Below, in pieces: positions 1 to 6,273 of a stretch of 12,179 nucleotides of DNA. Position 1 is the stretch's first letter. Each line of letters starts with the position of its first letter. Under the pieces are notes generated by a model that was given only the letters and a program-made list of their open reading frames with translations, made no database searches and had not been told where the DNA came from. The stretch lies in the NCBI GenBank assembly GCA_027492205.1, contig JAOZFN010000007.1, forward strand, positions 110,994 through 123,172. The letters run 5' to 3'. The stretch comes from Thermoproteota archaeon. Lineage in GTDB: Archaea; Korarchaeota; Korarchaeia; Korarchaeales; Korarchaeaceae. The position numbers were made by a program, and so were the translations under genes.

Positions 1-23
1 CCTCCTCCGCCTCCTCCGCCTCC
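1..23 (-). repeat. 9-bp tandem repeat encoding a poly-Gly linker
   Basis: cctcctccg cctcctccg cctcc reads GGA GGC GGA GGA GGC GGA GGA on the - strand, in frame with the 1-413 ORF. Confidence 0.8.
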
Positions 24-413
24 GAAGGGCGGTCCTTGAGAGAGGCCAGCCACCCCCTCAGCCCGAGATACAAACATCAGGTCGCCGTGCTGAACCGTGT
101 AGTCTATTATGACTCCTGTAGGGGTAAGGTACGAGTTGTACGAGAACGCTATTCCCTTGTCGGACAGCTCATCCCTTAGAGCGCTGAGCTGCGCGTTCAA
201 CCACTCTACCCTGAAGGCTGGGTCTTCGATTTCCCCAGCGGCATTGGCAAGCTCCTTCACATAGTTAGAAACCTCTAGAAATCCCTCGTGGGCAGCTCGA
301 TCAACCACGACGGTGGGCCTCATCGCGGCTCCCGCGGTGGCAAAGATGAGGAGGGCCAGAGCCATTCCGACGAGCACTATAGTCCCAAATCCCCCTCTCT
401 TAGCCCACTTCAC
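1..413 (-). CDS. Pilin-like protein with putative class III signal peptide (partial; 3' end runs off the left edge)
   Basis: Not in the ORF track; translated by hand from GTG at 413: MKWAKRG|GFGTIVLVGMALALLIFATAGAAMRPTVVVDRAAHEGFLEVSNYVKELANAAGEIEDPAFRVEWLNAQLSALRDELSDKGIAFSYNSYLTPTGVIIDYTVQHGDLMFVSRAEGVAGLSQGPPFGGGGGG..., open to position 1. Basic-Gly leader followed by a hydrophobic helix; TATA-like element at 448-458; divergent from the pilus ATPase. Confidence 0.75.
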   Translation of the reverse strand, partial: MKWAKRGGFGTIVLVGMALALLIFATAGAAMRPTVVVDRAAHEGFLEVSNYVKELANAAGEIEDPAFRVEWLNAQLSALRDELSDKGIAFSYNSYLTPTGVIIDYTVQHGDLMFVSRAEGVAGLSQGPPFGGGGGGG

Positions 414-447
414 CTGGGGATCCCCATATCCTTAGACGGCACTAAAC

Positions 448-463
448 TATAATAAGATTTCTG
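448..463 (-). promoter_or_regulatory. Putative BRE/TATA promoter of the left pilin-like gene
   Basis: - strand reads CAGAAATCTTATTATA, about 35 nt upstream of GTG 413; AT-rich island in GC-rich DNA. Confidence 0.55.
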
Positions 464-536
464 ATTCAAACAGGAGAGAGTTTACCTGAGGAGACCTCCT
501 CACTCAAAATAATGCTCAAAATGCCAAGCCCTCCAC

Positions 537-569
537 TTTAAAACGCCCATAACAGGTCTTCTATGGGCG
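537..569 (+). promoter_or_regulatory. TATA-like box followed by an 8-bp inverted repeat (possible operator)
   Basis: TTTAAAA at 537-543, then CGCCCATA (544-551), 10-nt spacer, TATGGGCG (562-569). Confidence 0.4.
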
Positions 570-703
570 AGAGTGAGGGCGTCAAGTCTCACGCGCCCAG
601 GATAAGTTATGGGGGCTAACCATGGGGGAGACCATCAACCTGCGAAAGTACGCGGCAGGAGGGGGCGACCACACCTTGTCGATCGATGCCTGTGGGGAGG
701 GGG

Positions 704-712
704 AATATTAAT
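704..712 (+). promoter_or_regulatory. Putative TATA box of the ATPase-platform operon
   Basis: AATATTAAT about 30 nt upstream of ATG 742. Confidence 0.5.
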
Positions 713-741
713 TCTGCCCCCATACATTCGAAGCGGGTAGA

Positions 742-2223
742 ATGCCCAAGATCCGGAGAAAGAAGGGTTCAGAAACCACGATAGAGTTGAAGGATCCTAA
801 AGAGATCGTGGGGGAGCTCAACCTCCAGCACGTAGTCGAGCTGGTCCCCGGGATGGCCTACAGGGGCGTGAGAGAGGGCACCTACTACGTGATCGAGCCC
901 CCCCTCCCCGGGGAGCTGGCCAGTAGGATGCTCGAGGTGGGGAAGGAGTACGTCCTGGCCAGGGTCAGGCCGGAGCAGGCGGAGTACATGGAGAGGGTCT
1001 ACGAGAGGGCCGCTGAAACGGCCATAAAAGAGGCGGGGGTGAAGCTCAAGGGCGAGGAGGGCGATAAGGCCAGGGGGAGGTTGAGGGACTACCTGACGTA
1101 CTACCTCAGGAGGGACATCGAGGGGCTCGGCCCCATAGAGCCGGTGATGAGGGACCCGCACGTCGAGGACCTGACCCTCCCGGCCAGGGGCAGCAGGAGG
1201 CTGTACGTCTACCTGGGGGACCTCGGCGACTGGTTCAGGTCCAACATACGGATCGAGGAGGAGGAGGCCAAGAGGATCGTGCTGAAGCTGGCGGAGCTGG
1301 TCGGCAAGCAGGTGTCCCTGGCGGAGCCGAGGCTCGAGGGGAGGCTGCCGGACGGCAGCAGGGTGCACGCCCTCTACGGGGAGGCCGCAAGCTCGGGGGG
1401 AACCGTCTTCACCATAAGGAAGTTCGTGGTGAGGCCGACCATCGAGAAGCTGATACTGTGGGGCGCCATATCGCTGGAGGCCACCGCCTACCTCTGGACG
1501 CTCCTGGACCACGGCATCTCCGGCTTCATAGCGGGAGAGACCGGAACGGGTAAGACCACACTCCTCAACAGCCTCCTGTCACTCCTCCCGAGGAGGAAGC
1601 ACATAGTCACGGTCGAGGACACCGCCGAGATATTCCTGCCCGAGCACGAGAACTGGACCTCCCTCCTGGGGACCCCGCCCGGCATGGGGCCCAAGGGGCT
1701 CACGATAGTCGACCTCCTGAGGGACGTGCTCAGGATGAGGCCCGACTACGTCGTGGTGGGCGAGAGCAGGGGTGAGGAGACCAGGCTGCTCCTGCAGTTC
1801 ATCAACGTGGGCCACACGTCCCTCACGACGTTCCACTCCGACACGCTGGAGGGCGTGGTGAGGAGGCTCATGAGCGACCCGATAAACATGACCGTCGAGG
1901 AGGTCGCGAGCTTCAAGGTGGCGGTCCTCCTCAGGAGGAGGGGCAAGAAGAGGGGCGTGGTCAGGATCGCGGAGATACTCGCGACCCCGGAGAGGGACAG
2001 GATAGTCTTCAACGACGTATTCACGAGGCCGGGTGGTCTGGAGGGGCCCCTCGTCGGAGATCCGCTCCCCAAGAGCGTCCTGTTCTCGCAGATAGCGGAG
2101 CAGGAGGGGATACCCAAGGAGGTCATAGTGGAGGAGTTCTTCGACAAGGCGGAGGAGCTGCTGAGGAGGGTGGGCCGATTCAGCGGGAGGGAGGCGCTTG
2201 TCGAGGCTGAATCCGCTGAGTGA
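742..2223 (+). CDS. Type IV pilus assembly ATPase (archaeal PilB/TadA/VirB11/ArlI family)
   Basis: 493 aa; Walker A GETGTGKT, Asp box VTVEDTAE, LRMRPDYVVVGE (Walker B), His box GHTSLTTFH; N-terminal GLGPIEPVMRDPHVED and LPDGSRV motifs typical of this family. Confidence 0.95.
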   Translation: MPKIRRKKGSETTIELKDPKEIVGELNLQHVVELVPGMAYRGVREGTYYVIEPPLPGELASRMLEVGKEYVLARVRPEQAEYMERVYERAAETAIKEAGVKLKGEEGDKARGRLRDYLTYYLRRDIEGLGPIEPVMRDPHVEDLTLPARGSRRLYVYLGDLGDWFRSNIRIEEEEAKRIVLKLAELVGKQVSLAEPRLEGRLPDGSRVHALYGEAASSGGTVFTIRKFVVRPTIEKLILWGAISLEATAYLWTLLDHGISGFIAGETGTGKTTLLNSLLSLLPRRKHIVTVEDTAEIFLPEHENWTSLLGTPPGMGPKGLTIVDLLRDVLRMRPDYVVVGESRGEETRLLLQFINVGHTSLTTFHSDTLEGVVRRLMSDPINMTVEEVASFKVAVLLRRRGKKRGVVRIAEILATPERDRIVFNDVFTRPGGLEGPLVGDPLPKSVLFSQIAEQEGIPKEVIVEEFFDKAEELLRRVGRFSGREALVEAESAE

Positions 2224-3841
2224 GGAGTTCTTCATATCGGCGGGGATGTTCGACCAGAGCCCGTCCCGGTTCGCGCTGAGGATCGGCCTGATCGCATCTA
2301 TAATGCTTCTCCTGGCGTCTTCGCTCTACAGGACGGGCATGCTGACGGACCCCTACAGGCTGGCCCTGCTGGTCCTCACGCCGACCCTACCGCTCGCGCT
2401 CAGCCCGTACCTCGCCAGGCTGAACATGGGCGCCAAGCTCGAGAGGGACATGTGGGCCTACCTCGCCACCCTCTGGCTGCTCCAGAGGGCCAAGAAGTCC
2501 CTGAGCGAGTCGTTCAAGGCGGCCGGGGAGGTCTCAGACGACGAGGAGGTCAAGACCTACTTCAGGGTGGCCGCCGCCAGGCTGAAGGCCGCAGGGACGC
2601 TGGAGGGGCTCAGGGCCAACTTGAGGTACTGCCCGAGCTCCGCCTGGAGGAGGATCTACAGGCGCCTGGCGGACTACTTCTTCACCAGGGGTGAGGCCGT
2701 CGACGAGATGCTTGGGTCGGAGCTCCACGACACCATAAACAGGACCATGCAGGACCTGAGGAGGAACCTCGAGATGGTCATGGTCATCCTGATAATCTAC
2801 GTCCTGGTGTCCACGGTGTTTCCGTTCGTGGTCACGCTGCTCTACACCTTCCAGGCGCTGGTGTCGGGGTTCGGCGGCGGGGGGATGAGCAACCTGGCCC
2901 TGATGTCCGCCGTGCTCCCGTCCCCGATGTTCATAGCGCTCTTCAAGATACTTGCCCCACGCTACTACCGGTTCGACGGGGAGACCATGGCCCTGGGGTG
3001 GGGGGCCTTCGCCGCGGGGTTCATGGGCGCGGTCCTCGCCTCCTACTACGTCTGGACGGTAATCCCGCCCATCGGGGGGGGCGGGGTGGTCGCGACGGTC
3101 CTCAACTCGCTCAGGAGCATGAGCATCTGGCTCAGGGCGACCTTCGGCCTCCTCTTCGGGGGCCTGGCCGGCTGGCTGGCGGTCAGGGGCAGGGAGGCCA
3201 GGCTCAGGGGGGAGGCCCTGGACTACCCCCTATTCCTGCAGGACCTGTTCGTCGAGCTCAGGGGGGGCAGGAGCTTCTGCAAGGCCGTGGAGGACATGAA
3301 GGCCAGCTACAGGACCCTGAGGGAGTTCATGACGACGGTCAAGTACTGGGCCCGCCTCAGGCTGCCCTACACGGACATCCTCAGGTGGATATCGGAGAGG
3401 CAGAGGCAGAGCATCTCGAGGATGGCCACCCTCCTCATAATGACGGCGCTGGACGCCGGGGTGGAGCTCAAGGAGGCGTTCGGCACGATATCCCAGTTCA
3501 TGACCAGGGTCAGGGAGCTCTGGCTGGAGGCCGAGGCGGAGAAGAGGGGGAACTACGTGACGGCCATACTCTCCTTCACGTTCGCCGTGGCCTCCATCGC
3601 GATACTGGTCAGGCTCCTGAGCATCCCGATAGCCCCCACCGCGGCCGAGGTCATAAAGAGCGGGCTGATGCTCCAGGGATTCCTGCAGGCGCTGATAATG
3701 GGCCTCTCCCTCGGGGTGGTCAGGACGGGGCACCTGACGTCGTCGTTCAGGGAGATCTTCATCCTCTCTATTCCGACCATAGTGTCCCTGGCCCTCGTGC
3801 AGGCGTGGTCCCCTCCCCCGCTGACCATCGGGGGGGCGTGA
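2198..3841 (+). CDS. Type IV pilus membrane platform protein (TadC/PilC/ArlJ-like, two T2SSF-type halves)
   Basis: 547 aa polytopic membrane protein with two soluble helical regions (…YLATLWLLQRAKKSLSESFK…; …DYPLFLQDLFVELRGGRSFCKAVE…), each followed by TM helices; overlaps the ATPase stop; GGGAGG precedes TTG 2198 (alternative ATG at 2246). Confidence 0.9.
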   Translation: MSRLNPLSEEFFISAGMFDQSPSRFALRIGLIASIMLLLASSLYRTGMLTDPYRLALLVLTPTLPLALSPYLARLNMGAKLERDMWAYLATLWLLQRAKKSLSESFKAAGEVSDDEEVKTYFRVAAARLKAAGTLEGLRANLRYCPSSAWRRIYRRLADYFFTRGEAVDEMLGSELHDTINRTMQDLRRNLEMVMVILIIYVLVSTVFPFVVTLLYTFQALVSGFGGGGMSNLALMSAVLPSPMFIALFKILAPRYYRFDGETMALGWGAFAAGFMGAVLASYYVWTVIPPIGGGGVVATVLNSLRSMSIWLRATFGLLFGGLAGWLAVRGREARLRGEALDYPLFLQDLFVELRGGRSFCKAVEDMKASYRTLREFMTTVKYWARLRLPYTDILRWISERQRQSISRMATLLIMTALDAGVELKEAFGTISQFMTRVRELWLEAEAEKRGNYVTAILSFTFAVASIAILVRLLSIPIAPTAAEVIKSGLMLQGFLQALIMGLSLGVVRTGHLTSSFREIFILSIPTIVSLALVQAWSPPPLTIGGA

Positions 3842-3880
3842 GGCGAGGGGACTCGGAGGGGAGGGAGGTCCAATCCACCC

Positions 3881-4444
3881 CTAGGGCCAGTAGACGTGCA
3901 TGGACTGGGCTCCCCCGGGCCCGAACAGCCTGACCGTGAACCTCTCGACCCCGCCCTGGGCCAGGCTCGGGTAGTAGATCGCCCAGGTCTCCCCCGGCTC
4001 CAGGAGCTCCGGGTCGGAGTCCGGGCCGGACACGCTCTCGTAGCATATCGGCGGGTAGGTCCCCAGCCACCTGGACGGGAAGAAGCCCGTGGAGTTGTCG
4101 ACGGCCGCCGGCCAGGAGCATCCTCCGTCGAGGCCGAAGTCCGACCTGCAGACCTGATCTATCCACTGGTGCGACGGGTCGTCGAAGTAGCCCTCGACAC
4201 CGGACCTGGGGACCCTCGTGACCCCCACGTTCTTGACGTAGACGACCAGGAACCGATAGCCTCCCCTATCCTCGGAGGGCGTGACCGCGACGATCTGCAG
4301 GTTGTGGGAGGGTGCGTTGTAGAAGCTGTGGGACACGCCACCCAGGACGTACGACCCAAGCGGGGTGAAGGCGACCAGGGCCAGGGAGACCGCGAGCACG
4401 AGGAGCACGACGTCCACGACCACCCTGGACACGCCAGCCCCCAT
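3881..4444 (-). CDS. Archaeal type IV pilin-like protein (paralog D)
   Basis: 187 aa; MGAG|VSRVVVDVVLLVLAVSLALVAFTPLGSYVLGG; head motifs YVKNVG, LEPGET and FTVRLFGPGG shared with the other pilins; SD-like GGGGTGA overlaps the stop of the upstream pilin. Confidence 0.85.
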   Translation of the reverse strand: MGAGVSRVVVDVVLLVLAVSLALVAFTPLGSYVLGGVSHSFYNAPSHNLQIVAVTPSEDRGGYRFLVVYVKNVGVTRVPRSGVEGYFDDPSHQWIDQVCRSDFGLDGGCSWPAAVDNSTGFFPSRWLGTYPPICYESVSGPDSDPELLEPGETWAIYYPSLAQGGVERFTVRLFGPGGAQSMHVYWP

Positions 4445-4936
4445 GCCCTCACCCCGGCCTGTGGAGGTACTTGACCGACGTGGACTCTGGGCCGTAGACC
4501 TCTATGGAGAACTGGGATGTCGGGTTCTGGGCGGCCCCGCGGACGTAGAGCAGCCAGATCTCCCCCTCGCTCAGGCTGTTGTAGAAGCAGTCATCCGAAA
4601 TGTACCTCTCAGTCTCGTCAAACCAGGCGACGACGGCGCACGGCTTCACCGAGTACCTCCCGGAGGAGTTGTCGATGACCACCAGCCAGGCGTCCTCGTT
4701 CGGGGGGTTCCCCTGCGAGGGGCACCACCCGGCCACGTCGCCCAGGTCGCCCGGTCCCAGGTTCATGACGAAGATCCAGAGCCCGGGCTCCGACTCCGAG
4801 CCGCACCAGGTCACTCCCAGGCCGGTGGGGGGAGGCTTCTCCGGGTTTATCCCGACCACGTCGAGCATCGGATGCCCCGCAGCGGCCTGAACCCTAGACA
4901 TACCCCCCAGGACGTACGACCCCAGCGGGGTGAAGG
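4341..4936. repeat. 31-bp near-identical direct repeat between pilins D and C (4341-4371 and 4906-4936)
   Basis: cccaggacgtacgaccc(a/c)agcggggtgaagg, 30/31 identical; encodes FTPLGSYVLG on the - strand. Confidence 0.8.
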
Positions 4937-5024
4937 TTATGAGGGCCAGGGCGACCGAGAGGGCCAGGAGGGCGGCCTCCGCGGCCAGCCTGGCGATCCC
5001 CGCCCTGACGCAACGCGCCTGCAC
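4449..5024 (-). CDS. Archaeal type IV pilin-like protein (paralog C)
   Basis: 191 aa; …VRAG|IARLAAEAALLALSVALALITFTPLGSYVLGG; head motifs FVMNLGP, WLVVIDN, LSEGE and FSIEVYGP. Confidence 0.85.
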   Translation of the reverse strand: MQARCVRAGIARLAAEAALLALSVALALITFTPLGSYVLGGMSRVQAAAGHPMLDVVGINPEKPPPTGLGVTWCGSESEPGLWIFVMNLGPGDLGDVAGWCPSQGNPPNEDAWLVVIDNSSGRYSVKPCAVVAWFDETERYISDDCFYNSLSEGEIWLLYVRGAAQNPTSQFSIEVYGPESTSVKYLHRPG

Positions 5025-5040
5025 GACATTTTCCCTCTCT

Positions 5041-5066
5041 CGGGATATAATAAAGATATTTTCCCG
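5041..5066 (-). promoter_or_regulatory. Putative promoter of pilins C-D
   Basis: - strand CGGGAAAATATCTTTATTATATCCCG; TATA ends about 22 nt upstream of GTG 5024 (leaderless or near-leaderless); flanked by CGGGA…TCCCG inverted arms. Confidence 0.6.
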
Positions 5067-5208
5067 CAGAGGCCTGAATAGGGCCCGTGGAGGGGGTTTG
5101 GCCGGGACACCCGTGCGATGCCATTGAGAGTCCAGCCGCCCGCGGGAAGCAGAAGCCCTAGGCTGAAATTTGAGCCGCAGGGGCTTGTGGGAAGGGAAAA
5201 ACGGACAC

Positions 5209-5218
5209 CTTTATATTT
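5209..5218 (+). promoter_or_regulatory. Putative TATA box of pilins A-B
   Basis: CTTTATATTT about 50 nt upstream of GTG 5266; SD-like GGGGTGG at 5253-5259. Confidence 0.6.
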
Positions 5219-5252
5219 GTTCCCCGCCAGGTGAGTTACCACAGACCCCTGT

Positions 5253-5863
5253 GGGGTGGTTGAGGGTGAGGGCTGGCATATCCAGGGTGGTTGTGGAGGT
5301 CATCATACTGGTCATAGCGGTGGCGCTGGCCCTGCTGATCTTCAGCCCGGTGGGGAGCTACATATTCGGGGCGCTCGGCAGGACCTCCAGCGTGGGCGGG
5401 CAGACCACGATAGCCGTGATAAACGCAGGCTTCGATGGATCAGGGAACTTGCACCTCTACATAAAGAATGTGGGGCCAAACGACGTCGACCTCCAGGATA
5501 CCTCATCCCCATCGGTTGACTGGCAGGTCTTCATCAACAACGTGCCCGCAGGCAGTATGAGTTACGTCGGCGGTACAGTCCCTGACCCATTCACTGTAGA
5601 TTCCGTGATAGAGATTCAGATTTCAAGTAGCGACTCGTCCCTAAGTGGCCTATCTGAGACCAGCTCCTTCACCATAGTGGTGTACGGGCCCCAGGGCACC
5701 CAGACGGAGTACCTGTACAGGGGTGGTTGAGGGTGAGGGCTGGCATATCCAGGGTGGTTGTGGAGGTCATCATACTGGTCATAGCGGTGGCGCTGGCCCT
5801 GCTGATCTTCAGCCCGGTGGGGAGCTACATATTCGGGGCGCTCGGCAGGACCTCCAGCGTGGG
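5253..5863 (+). repeat. 144-bp perfect direct repeat (5253-5396 = 5720-5863)
   Basis: Identical base by base from GGGGTGGTTGAGGGTG… to …CAGCGTGGG; offset 467 bp; covers the SD, signal peptide and alpha-1 helix. Confidence 0.97.
5266..5730 (+). CDS. Archaeal type IV pilin (paralog A, probable major pilin)
   Basis: 154 aa from GTG 5266 (SD GGGGTGG 6 nt upstream; TTG 5260 is an alternative; the track's 5170 start lies upstream of the TATA box). MRAG|ISRVVVEVIILVIAVALALLIF, hydrophobic helix, beta-rich head with LYIKNVG and VVYGP. Confidence 0.9.
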   Translation: MRAGISRVVVEVIILVIAVALALLIFSPVGSYIFGALGRTSSVGGQTTIAVINAGFDGSGNLHLYIKNVGPNDVDLQDTSSPSVDWQVFINNVPAGSMSYVGGTVPDPFTVDSVIEIQISSSDSSLSGLSETSSFTIVVYGPQGTQTEYLYRGG

Positions 5864-6208
5864 GGGCAGCACAAGCATATCTGTGCTCTCAGTTAATTTA
5901 AGCAATGACGGGAGCCAACTGACCCTCTTCATAAAGAACGTTGGCCCAGGCTCGGTAGATGGCAGCAAGGCGCTGAACCCAGGAAATTGGAGCGTATTTA
6001 TTGATAATGTCAGGGCAACGATCCCCACCACTAACAACCCATCCGCATTCAGCGGTACCATAGGCTCTAGTGATCCCTGGGAGCCGGGAGAGGTGATCAA
6101 ACTCAATGTTAATCCACAAAACTCACCGGCTCCCTCACCAACTGGCTCCTTCACCATAGTGGTGTACGGGCCCCAGGGCACCCAGACGGAGTACCTGTAC
6201 AGGGGTGG
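5663..6208 (+). repeat. 64-bp perfect direct repeat (5663-5726 = 6145-6208)
   Basis: GCTCCTTCACCATAGTGGTGTACGGGCCCCAGGGCACCCAGACGGAGTACCTGTACAGGGGTGG in both copies; offset 482 bp; encodes SFTIVVYGPQGTQTEYLYRGG. Confidence 0.97.
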
Positions 6209-6212
6209 CTGA
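5733..6212 (+). CDS. Archaeal type IV pilin (paralog B, probable major pilin)
   Basis: 159 aa from GTG 5733; N- and C-termini identical to paralog A, central head diverged (LFIKNVG, WSVFIDN, WEPGE). Confidence 0.9.
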   Translation: MRAGISRVVVEVIILVIAVALALLIFSPVGSYIFGALGRTSSVGGSTSISVLSVNLSNDGSQLTLFIKNVGPGSVDGSKALNPGNWSVFIDNVRATIPTTNNPSAFSGTIGSSDPWEPGEVIKLNVNPQNSPAPSPTGSFTIVVYGPQGTQTEYLYRGG

Positions 6213-6220
6213 CCCCCCAG

Positions 6221-6246
6221 TCTTCTTTTTTGGAATGTAATGTTTT
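6221..6246 (+). terminator. Archaeal oligo-T terminator of the pilin A-B transcript
   Basis: TCTTCTTTTTT (6221-6231) begins 9 nt after the stop; a second TGTTTT follows at 6241-6246; lies between convergent genes. Confidence 0.65.
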
Positions 6247-6273
6247 GGCATAGATGGCCACGCGCGGTGCCTG

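Noticed and set aside
5025-5265. Invertible promoter switch between the divergent pilin pairs
   Set aside because: No long inverted repeats bound the region, no recombinase is nearby, and each direction has its own TATA.
5170-5265. N-terminal extension of pilin A given in the ORF track
   Set aside because: It spans the TATA box; the SD and identity with pilin B place the start at 5266 (or 5260).
5180-5290. G-quadruplex like the Neisseria pilE G4
   Set aside because: G-runs are present (GGGG…GGG…GGG) but loops are irregular, such runs are ubiquitous at this GC content, and they are explained by the SD and codons.
5253-6208. CRISPR array or diversity-generating retroelement TR/VR pair
   Set aside because: The repeats are long, two-copy and in-frame coding. 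They have no mismatches at all (so no adenine-specific ones), and no cas or reverse transcriptase gene is in the window.
742-6212. Archaellum (arl/fla) operon
   Set aside because: No ArlH (KaiC-like), ArlF or ArlG recognisable in the window, and the pilin N-termini lack the archaellin GxxGIGTLIVFIA-type motif; a type IV pilus fits better.
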